A DNA stretch of 26,407 nt from Candidatus Thorarchaeota archaeon (GTDB lineage: Archaea; Asgardarchaeota; Thorarchaeia; Thorarchaeales; Thorarchaeaceae), in assembly GCA_016840855.1 (NCBI GenBank), contig JAEORO010000161.1:1-26407 (forward strand), written 5' to 3'. Of this stretch, positions 9,849 through 17,650 are shown piece by piece (position 1 is the stretch's first letter; each line of letters starts with the position of its first letter). The notes below the pieces were generated by a model, which ran no database searches, was not told the DNA's origin, and saw only the letters and a program-made list of their open reading frames with translations. The translations under genes were made by a program, and so were the position numbers.

Positions 9849-10556
9849 TTGAAAAATGAAGAAACTTGGGACACAGAGGACTGGCTTAGAAGTGCCAAAC
9901 AAATCCTTGAGTGGATTTCAGCAGTGAATCCAGACCAACCATTGATGTTTCTTGTACGACACTCACATCGAGACACCCTTCAGAATCACGATGAGATGGT
10001 GAGTGGAGGTCTAACTGAACTCGGAAAAAGGATGTCCTTTGAGCTTGGCAAGAGGATTGCTCGAAAGGGTAAGATGCATATCTTCACGAGCTTTGTACCA
10101 AGATGTTTTGAAACAGCAGAGGGTATTGCTGAAGGTTTCACTCAACAGGGAGGGGAGGTTATTGATATCGACCCGTTACCAGCCCTAGTTGGACCTCAAA
10201 TTATTGAGAGAGAAGTCTGGACCAATCTTCATCCCGATGGGAGAAATGTCACAGATTTTGTAAACAGATGGGTGGATGATAGTTTTGGTGACCGAATGGA
10301 ACCATTTCATCAGTATCGAGATAGATTGATGGCTGATACAGTGGACAGGATATTAAAAGAGAAAGAAGCTATTACTCATGTACATGTCACTCACGATCTT
10401 GCGATGATGTGTACAAAAAGGATTCTTCTCAATAGACCACTAGTAGAAGATGATAGAGAGCCCTTCCTAGGAGGTCTGGCTTTGACATTCTCAGATTCAG
10501 GAGCTCTCATCTTCGTTAAGGGAGAGAAGAAACCATATTATCTCAATAATCGATGA
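9849..10556 (+). CDS. Histidine phosphatase superfamily protein
   Basis: LVRHSHR, GLTELG, TSxxPRCFETA, HVTHD; GGAG RBS upstream of TTG. Confidence 0.85.
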   Translation: MKNEETWDTEDWLRSAKQILEWISAVNPDQPLMFLVRHSHRDTLQNHDEMVSGGLTELGKRMSFELGKRIARKGKMHIFTSFVPRCFETAEGIAEGFTQQGGEVIDIDPLPALVGPQIIEREVWTNLHPDGRNVTDFVNRWVDDSFGDRMEPFHQYRDRLMADTVDRILKEKEAITHVHVTHDLAMMCTKRILLNRPLVEDDREPFLGGLALTFSDSGALIFVKGEKKPYYLNNR

Positions 10557-10574
10557 TTGATCAGATGCAAGTTT

Positions 10575-11609
10575 CTATTGATAACTTGGAGTTGTGTCAT
10601 ACTTCTCGGATGGCTTGATTGACGCAAGCGCAGCTGCAATGATAACTAACACTGGACCAAGCAATAGACCTGCCCAGAGGAATGGAGATATCACACCTAT
10701 TACAAGCAATCTCAAACGATTATTGCGTTGGCTCTTCCAACCATTAGTGAGAACAATTCGTAATGTGAAGAATCCTAGGAGAAGTGGTATCATTCCAAAG
10801 ATTGCGGTTATAACCATCTGCGCATTTATTGCTGTTAATGAAGCAATTACCATCTGATAGAAGATTGTTATGCCACTACCAAAGAATAGCACTGCGCTTA
10901 GGGCGCCTAGCCATGAAACAATATTTCCTAGTTCCACCAGGTCATTCCTCTTGTACAAAAGATAGGCTAAACCAATTATGATGCTGATAATCATTGGAGC
11001 CAAAATCAGAAACAGGTTTTGACCATTCCATTGATGTATAGTCATGACGCTGAAAGGTACAAGTAACCATTCAACCAGAGTGAAAGATTCAACATAACCA
11101 AGAGCAACAGAAAATGGACCACCTTCATCATTTTCGAAGATAGCAAAATAGTACTCACCAGTTTCCACAACTTCCATGTCAACATCAATGAGTGCATAGA
11201 AACTTGTAGGAGTGAACCCTTCGTACTCAGGAGTTGCGGGTTCGCTATTGAAAATTATTACGCCTGCTGATTCCGGAATTTCTAGATATTCAGGAATTGA
11301 ACTGGAATTTGTAAGCCCAGGACCCATCAGAGCAATGGAGGGCTGAAACTCATCTGGATTTTCAGTAACAGGGATTGAAAGCAGCATTCTGATTCTTTCG
11401 CCAGCCTCTATCTCAAATCCAAAATATCTTGGCTCTCGACCTTCATGCAATTCTGAATAAATCACCCAACTTTTCGTAGGATCTTCAATGAAGAAAGCTG
11501 TTTCCAATGTTTCACCATCTTGAGTGGATACTGGAACATGGCCAGCAATTGGGTAAATTAAAATGGACAATGTAATAATAATACTGAGCCCATAAAATAG
11601 TCGTTTCAT
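10575..11609 (-). CDS. Signal-peptide-bearing membrane protein (extracellular beta-rich domain plus about 4-5 TM helices), function unknown
   Basis: Signal peptide MKRLFYGLSIIITLSILIYPIAG followed by HVP; acidic soluble domain; several C-terminal hydrophobic helices. Confidence 0.75.
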   Translation of the reverse strand: MKRLFYGLSIIITLSILIYPIAGHVPVSTQDGETLETAFFIEDPTKSWVIYSELHEGREPRYFGFEIEAGERIRMLLSIPVTENPDEFQPSIALMGPGLTNSSSIPEYLEIPESAGVIIFNSEPATPEYEGFTPTSFYALIDVDMEVVETGEYYFAIFENDEGGPFSVALGYVESFTLVEWLLVPFSVMTIHQWNGQNLFLILAPMIISIIIGLAYLLYKRNDLVELGNIVSWLGALSAVLFFGSGITIFYQMVIASLTAINAQMVITAIFGMIPLLLGFFTLRIVLTNGWKSQRNNRLRLLVIGVISPFLWAGLLLGPVLVIIAAALASIKPSEKYDTTPSYQ

Positions 11610-11619
11610 AAAAGAATAG

Positions 11620-11640
11620 TTAACAATTGTTAATATTACT
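11620..11640. promoter_or_regulatory. Palindromic operator candidate TTAACAATTGTTAA plus TATTACT (copy 1)
   Basis: Perfect 14-bp palindrome in a divergent promoter region; 19/21 identical to 24509-24529. Confidence 0.55.
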
Positions 11641-11718
11641 CTTTTGGTGGGGTCAATATCTGGTCTACGAATTTTTGAAAAAGAATATTTGCTCTCATAT
11701 AGAATCAGAAGCTAGTGG

Positions 11719-12591
11719 GTGGTTGAACCAGAAATGCGCGAAGTGACAATATCAACAGAGAAGGACCTATTTTTACCAGGGGACCTTGTTAGTGGACACG
11801 TCCTTGTTAGAACGGATAAAGGTTTCACATGCAATAGAATTGTTTTGAAGCTCCGTGGAAAACAGTACACTCACTATCAAGCAGGAAAGGCTCATGTTAG
11901 TGAAACTCATGAGATTCTAAGTAAAGACATCCCAATCTGTGACGGAGGACAATTTTACTCCGGGGATGAGAGATTTGAATTTGAATTCAGACTTCCTGAG
12001 AAAATTCCACCAGTCCACACTGGTCTTCATGGAATGATTGACTATACGGTTCAGGCAGTTGTCGAAATTGACCGAGCATTGGATCCAAAATCAAAGATTG
12101 AACTAATTGTGAAATCGCCACATCCAAACTATATTCCTGAGCCTATTCCCGAACCAATGCCAATCAGAAAAGAAACAGAATATCTACAAGCTGAAATTCC
12201 AACAAATATTCTTAGACCCAAAAAGGGATTTGTAGTTAGATTTCTTGTGCTAGAACGATCTCGTGTAAAGGGGATTAGATTAGACATCTTAAGAAAAGAA
12301 GATGTGATTTGTAGAAGCCGTAAGTTAGACTCTAAGATTGTGATAAGTGAAAAACATATACCAATAACAAACAACGATTTCGAACGGTGGATTGAGGAAA
12401 CGATACATCATGATTGGAGTACAGTGATTCCTTTTGAGAGTAAACTCATCAACACGTCGCTTGTTCTCAAAGTGGTATTAGAGGTTGGACTGTCAATTGA
12501 CCCTTTTATCGAGTTCCCATTGCGGCTTTCTGGAGAGAAACCTAAAGAAGACCCATCAGACGATTTTACTGATATTGACTTAGGCTGGTAG
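11719..12591 (+). CDS. Arrestin-fold protein (Arrestin_N/SpoOM-like plus a second beta-sandwich)
   Basis: FLPGDLVSGHVLV...IVLKLRGK...FEFEFRLPEKIPP...GMIDYTVQAVVE matches the alpha-arrestin N-domain pattern; Pro-rich linker; second beta-rich domain. Confidence 0.75.
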   Translation: MVEPEMREVTISTEKDLFLPGDLVSGHVLVRTDKGFTCNRIVLKLRGKQYTHYQAGKAHVSETHEILSKDIPICDGGQFYSGDERFEFEFRLPEKIPPVHTGLHGMIDYTVQAVVEIDRALDPKSKIELIVKSPHPNYIPEPIPEPMPIRKETEYLQAEIPTNILRPKKGFVVRFLVLERSRVKGIRLDILRKEDVICRSRKLDSKIVISEKHIPITNNDFERWIEETIHHDWSTVIPFESKLINTSLVLKVVLEVGLSIDPFIEFPLRLSGEKPKEDPSDDFTDIDLGW

Positions 12592-12611
12592 ATAGTCTAC
12601 TTATGTGGAAA

Positions 12612-13373
12612 TCAAGCGGTTGAATCCTCCCTAAAGAAGTAATCCAGAGGAAGAGTTACTCCAAAAGCAGAACCTGCTTTTAATTGAGATTCGATTCGGT
12701 CTGGCAAGCTTGGATGCTTTGTTAGTGAATAGACAGTACGCATAGGAGTTTCAGCAAGATGGATGTGAACCTGAGCTGAACTTGCTAAAGCTTTTCCAAC
12801 CGGAGGTGTTTCCGTTTTAGTTCCTTTGATTTGTGTTGAGATGAGGGTGACCAGGTCATGCCTCAGTGTGAAAGCATTGATTCTTGCGGATAGGTGAGTC
12901 ATCTGTCTTGTTCTATCGACATCTAAGCCCTCGTTGATAAAGAGGTCAACCAAACCAGGAAGGATTAGCATTTTTGCTGGCACCCTGTCAAAGAATTCAT
13001 CGAGATGATTAATGATTAAGTCATAGGTCTGAGTCGAATTGAATGCCCGAGAAATATAGATCATCTCCATCACCGCCTCTGGCTCGAGTCCAAGCTGGAA
13101 AGAAAAGTCCCTCAACTTAACAAGATCCATCATATTCGAACTATCAATCATGACTGTCGGACTAGAGAATCCACCTCGTGAAAGAGGAAGTTGAGCATGA
13201 ACAGCTGCTTTAAGGAGATTATACTGCAAATTGTCAGAACCATAAAGAAGGTAGATAAGTCCGGTTTCAAATCCCCCATCGAGTAGACTGTCTAATGCTG
13301 GGGTCCCTGTCTTACACATGACTCTCTGAATTTTATCAGCAGTCTGAAATGGCGTCAATAGCATTTCAGTCAA
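12612..13373 (-). CDS. RadA/Rad51-like RecA-fold protein with degenerate ATPase motifs
   Basis: TGTPALDSLLDGGFETG, AQLPLSRGG, MIDSSN, IYISRAFNS, GKALA; Walker A replaced by YGSDNLQY and Walker B by LILPG. Confidence 0.8.
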   Translation of the reverse strand: MTEMLLTPFQTADKIQRVMCKTGTPALDSLLDGGFETGLIYLLYGSDNLQYNLLKAAVHAQLPLSRGGFSSPTVMIDSSNMMDLVKLRDFSFQLGLEPEAVMEMIYISRAFNSTQTYDLIINHLDEFFDRVPAKMLILPGLVDLFINEGLDVDRTRQMTHLSARINAFTLRHDLVTLISTQIKGTKTETPPVGKALASSAQVHIHLAETPMRTVYSLTKHPSLPDRIESQLKAGSAFGVTLPLDYFFREDSTA

Positions 13374-13467
13374 TCCCGTTTTTCTTCTCTAGAAAACATA
13401 AGACAAAGATGGACTAGAGAGATTTGATTGGTAGATTTACAGTCTAATACACAGGAATGAGAAGCCG

Positions 13468-13505
13468 CTACATTTTGTAGGCACGATCTAAAACTTTCTT
13501 GTAGG
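13468..13505 (-). promoter_or_regulatory. Putative promoter and operator of the RadA-like gene
   Basis: On the minus strand, GAAAG-TTTTAG is flanked by two CCTACAA repeats; palindrome CTACA-N3-TGTAG at 13468-13480. Confidence 0.35.
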
Positions 13506-13570
13506 ACCTTATTAGGAAAAAAAGGGGACTTTTGTGTTTCAGAGCATTCTTCTTATTAGCGATGCAAGTA

Positions 13571-14773
13571 TCATCCTACAAATGAGAAGAACCTGCGTAT
13601 CGTTTCAGCATGTTTTCCTGGAAAGATTATGTGATGGTTTGCTAATGAACGCTCCAAGAAATAATCCACCTTCTCGTCTAACTTGACCCGAATCTGTGTC
13701 CGACACCCAGTATCATTTACCAAGTTCTCGATAATGACACCATCAGAAACCCAATACTCACTCAAGTCCTCTCCAAAAACCTTGAAAACAGTGATAGGTT
13801 GATGTGCGAAGGTTCCACGTATTCCAATACTCAACCCAGTTTCAAAATGAGAGGTGATCTCATATTTTTCTGTTAGCGACATAGGAACTGTGCAATGTGC
13901 AAATATTGCAGTATTTTCTCTTTCTTCAACATGAATTACATTCGACATAAAGCCTAATTGACCTGTGAGCATTCGCCCCAGCATCATTGTGAAGGTTGCT
14001 GGAATATCACCCTCGCATCCAGCGGTTGATTCCATTATGTCATTAAGAAGTGAGAGAGCAAAACATCCAGACACACTTGTTTCCATTAGGAGACTGAAGC
14101 ATTCAACGGTGACTGCATTCAGTTTGTGTTTACGTACTAAATCAATGAGAGCTTGAGCCACTAGACCAGCCTTTCGAAGCTCATCATCGGTAGGAGTACA
14201 TGATGTAGAGGATTGTTTGAATGAATCTGAATGATCTGTTTTCCCAGTTGACTTTGCAGACTCAATGAGTGTGTCAAGTGGAAGTTGCTTTGTAGTGAAA
14301 CCCCACCGATTTTTCACCATAGCCACATTAACATGTGATGCGATAAGCCAAGAAGAAGGTTGACCTATAATACCAATACTACTTGCCTCTAATTGGTTAA
14401 GTATCTCAACAAAAACGCACCACTCAGAAATCATCTGAATAAGATCAGGGAGTGAAGAATGGACTATCCTTGTTTCAATATCTCTTTGCTCAAGATATGA
14501 TCTAATCTCCATAGCAGCTGGGAGGGAATTGCGAAGGTCATAGCTGAGAATAATCACTGGAGGAGGAATAGGATTTTTCAATAAGAATTCTGCAACAATA
14601 TTCTCAGTCCCGCCTGTTCCAATGAACAGATAGTTCTTGTCAGTCTTTTGTTCGAATTGAAAATCTGTAGGTTCGATAATCTCAGCTTTGGTTAGTGAAA
14701 ACTGATTGATCACCTGTTCCTTAGTGCCTTCAGGTGAGAGAGGTGAAAAGAATGGGATTATCTTTAGTTTCAT
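13571..14773 (-). CDS. L-fucose/L-arabinose isomerase family-like protein
   Basis: IGTGGTE, NSLPAAMEI, TVECF, GCEGDI, FAHCT, CRTQI, ANHH; start placed at ATG 14773 because the longer ORF overlaps the divergent gene. Confidence 0.75.
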   Translation of the reverse strand: MKLKIIPFFSPLSPEGTKEQVINQFSLTKAEIIEPTDFQFEQKTDKNYLFIGTGGTENIVAEFLLKNPIPPPVIILSYDLRNSLPAAMEIRSYLEQRDIETRIVHSSLPDLIQMISEWCVFVEILNQLEASSIGIIGQPSSWLIASHVNVAMVKNRWGFTTKQLPLDTLIESAKSTGKTDHSDSFKQSSTSCTPTDDELRKAGLVAQALIDLVRKHKLNAVTVECFSLLMETSVSGCFALSLLNDIMESTAGCEGDIPATFTMMLGRMLTGQLGFMSNVIHVEERENTAIFAHCTVPMSLTEKYEITSHFETGLSIGIRGTFAHQPITVFKVFGEDLSEYWVSDGVIIENLVNDTGCRTQIRVKLDEKVDYFLERSLANHHIIFPGKHAETIRRFFSFVG

Positions 14774-14878
14774 GGAGAAGAAGATACAGGGCTCTGCTAT
14801 AAAAGTGCGGTTTATTAGATGGATAGCAGCGGTCAAAGGGTCACTGATTGTGAGAGCAAATCGAGAAGGCGATCCCAA

Positions 14879-17650
14879 TTGGTTGTGACACCTATAAACT
14901 ATGATGCATTTCAGGGCAAGAGAAGAAAATTAGTTGCTCTCTTTTGTTTCATGCTCTCTTCAGCCATCATAGCTGGTATCATGGTGTTCGTTGATTCATA
15001 TTCAATTGAAACTTGGAATTCCTGCACTGATGTCGGCCCTGTTTCTTTTGTAGCCATAGGGACTGGGATTGACAACAGAATGAGTTCTGTTCAAGAGATT
15101 TCAGGAATTGAAAAAGCTGCTGCAATTCGTGGATCACCCATCTATCTTGCATCAAGAGCACTGGGGCTGTGGTGGCAAGCTAACACTTTTGCCTTGGGAT
15201 ATGATGAAGAATTCATCGAAGCATTCCCCACCATATTCATTCTCATAGAAGGGAGATTTCCAGCGAACGGATCTGAAATAGCTATTTCAACTCTGACCGC
15301 ACATCGGCTCTATGTTGATGTTGGAGACCAAGTCAATTATTCCTTTACTTCAAATAATCCCGAAAATCCATCCTATAGACCTACAATCGTTTCAGGACTC
15401 TTTGAACACGGGGAAACAGGTTACGCCAATTCATTTTACTATATTCGTGGACATACACTCGTACATTCCTCGTTAAGTAGCTCCCTGACTGCGAGCTTCA
15501 TCTATGCAAATGCTGATAGAAACAAAGTTGTAGCTTACAATCCTGCACAATCTCTTGCTTATCTAAATAGCATTGATGAAGAAATTAGGGAACTGGACCC
15601 ATTATATGGGCGGACAGGAACATCTCAATATGTCATCATTAATTTCCTTTCTGATGGGATTGAAGATTATATGGACTATCTGAGGGACCTTCGGACATCT
15701 CAGATTATCAGAAGTGGCGGTTTAATACTCCTTGAACTTGCAGTCATTTACTTAGCTATCAATCATGTCTGGAATGAAAGGGATTATGAAGTCAGCATAT
15801 TGGTTGCGAGAGGAGCTTCTCAGTTTCGAGTTAATGCTACAATCAGCATTGAAATCGTTCTAATGGCAATGATATCAATTTTGCCGGGATATGTAACAGG
15901 TCTCATAGTCAGTAGATTTGCGATTGCATCAAATGGATTCTTTGCAATAGATTTTCAGAAAATCTTTACAGAGCCACTTTTGATTTCTCTTGATGGACTA
16001 CTCTATTCACTCATTGCCGGAATGGTTCTACCTCTTGTGGTCTTAGCCATATATCAAATGAGAGGGTCCATTACAATTACAGTTGGAGATAGGACCGGTA
16101 GACTAGCGAGAATAACAAGAGCATTGAGTTTTATCAGAGGTGATGTGGCTCTTCTTACTTTGAGTGCAGCTTTTCTTATCGCGCTTAATTTAGAGGGCAC
16201 TGCTGTCGCACGTGATCCATTTCTATATACAATTCTAGGTATCCTGCCCTTCACTTTGTTTTTCGGTCTAACAAGTCTTGCACTCAAGGGACTAAAACGA
16301 GGTGCTAATCGTTTGTCTCGAGTCTTTGGTGTCATAGTTGGACAGATACCAGCTTCTATAGGCATTAGAAGGATAAACAAAGCAACAGCATCATCTGGAC
16401 CCCTCATTATCGTTCTTGTTTTGGCCATGAGTCTTGGTTGGAACTATGCGATAAATGATGCAACTCTTCCCTATACGAGAATGAACCAATCCAGATTTGC
16501 AATAGGAGGTGACCTAGCATTTCACCTCGATTCAGACAAATCACAACAATGGGGATCATTTATTGGAAATATCACTAGTGCCATTCCTTCGTCAACAGGG
16601 AGCCTCATAAGTAAATTATCTCTCTCACTCTCTACTGGTACCGAGGGTACGTTTGATTTTATTGCGATAGATCCAGACGAGTATTCACATGTGGGATATG
16701 ATTCTGTTGGAGATAGACTAGATGAATCAAGTCTTGGTGTCTTAATGGAACAGCTCGCAATAATGGAGTTTGGTGCTATTGTCACACAAGATATTGCAGA
16801 ACAATATGTTCTATCAACTGGGGGTCTCTTGAGAGCATTTTGGAGGAATCAAACTGAACTCGCAGCGCTTGAATTCAATATAATAGGAATTGTTGAAGCA
16901 CTTCCAGACACATTGACATTTGAAACTGGATACAACCCTTACCCGGGCATCGCTTGGACCTATAGTGTGGGAATAGGAAAAGTTTGGGTGAACAGGGAAG
17001 ATGTCGATCTAATCTTCTCAAACGGAGATGATGTTGAAAATGTATACTGCATGAGAGTTGAAGACCCATTCTATGCGACTCTCATAACTGAAGATTGCCT
17101 TGATAATGCATGGATGAATGTACTTGAAAATCATAAGTGGGTATCAGCTGCTCGCGAAGTTGAGAACTACATATCACAGGATATCTATATTCTCGATCGT
17201 TCTTCAGACACTCTGATGACGATTGTTAGCGTAGGAGCTATTTTTGGAGCATTCATAGTCTATGCAATAGAAGGGATAAAGTCTAGAAAACGTGAGATAG
17301 CGCTTTTGAGATCTTTAGGATCCGAGAGAACTCTCATAATAAGAATACAGGCATCAGAGATGCTTGTCCTTCTTTTGATCAGTATTTTATTACTTGGACT
17401 GTTCACACCTGTTCTATCAGTAAATTCTCTACTAGCTGCAGTCAGGATATATGGCGGTGTAACATACATCTATCCTTCTCCTGTAACTATTCTTGCTCCA
17501 TGGTTCTTGATGGCGGTAATTCTTTCATTCTTTGTACTCTGTGTTGTAATCTTCATTGGGCTTGTAGCAGGGTTAAGTTCACGAGTCAATCTTAGTGAGG
17601 CACTAAACAGCACTTGGACTGAGGCTGGCCCATATATGGAGGGAACGTAA
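14879..17650 (+). CDS. ABC transporter permease, FtsX/MacB-like (two repeats)
   Basis: EGRFP...EIAIS, ERDYEVSILVARGAS, RKREIALLRSLG; TM bundles separated by large extracellular domains; start uncertain (14819/14879/14885). Confidence 0.85.
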   Translation: MVVTPINYDAFQGKRRKLVALFCFMLSSAIIAGIMVFVDSYSIETWNSCTDVGPVSFVAIGTGIDNRMSSVQEISGIEKAAAIRGSPIYLASRALGLWWQANTFALGYDEEFIEAFPTIFILIEGRFPANGSEIAISTLTAHRLYVDVGDQVNYSFTSNNPENPSYRPTIVSGLFEHGETGYANSFYYIRGHTLVHSSLSSSLTASFIYANADRNKVVAYNPAQSLAYLNSIDEEIRELDPLYGRTGTSQYVIINFLSDGIEDYMDYLRDLRTSQIIRSGGLILLELAVIYLAINHVWNERDYEVSILVARGASQFRVNATISIEIVLMAMISILPGYVTGLIVSRFAIASNGFFAIDFQKIFTEPLLISLDGLLYSLIAGMVLPLVVLAIYQMRGSITITVGDRTGRLARITRALSFIRGDVALLTLSAAFLIALNLEGTAVARDPFLYTILGILPFTLFFGLTSLALKGLKRGANRLSRVFGVIVGQIPASIGIRRINKATASSGPLIIVLVLAMSLGWNYAINDATLPYTRMNQSRFAIGGDLAFHLDSDKSQQWGSFIGNITSAIPSSTGSLISKLSLSLSTGTEGTFDFIAIDPDEYSHVGYDSVGDRLDESSLGVLMEQLAIMEFGAIVTQDIAEQYVLSTGGLLRAFWRNQTELAALEFNIIGIVEALPDTLTFETGYNPYPGIAWTYSVGIGKVWVNREDVDLIFSNGDDVENVYCMRVEDPFYATLITEDCLDNAWMNVLENHKWVSAAREVENYISQDIYILDRSSDTLMTIVSVGAIFGAFIVYAIEGIKSRKREIALLRSLGSERTLIIRIQASEMLVLLLISILLLGLFTPVLSVNSLLAAVRIYGGVTYIYPSPVTILAPWFLMAVILSFFVLCVVIFIGLVAGLSSRVNLSEALNSTWTEAGPYMEGT

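Noticed and set aside
12612-13373. Naming this gene radA or radB
   Set aside because: No functional Walker A/B, no N-terminal domain and no RadB-type KHR motif (has KHP)
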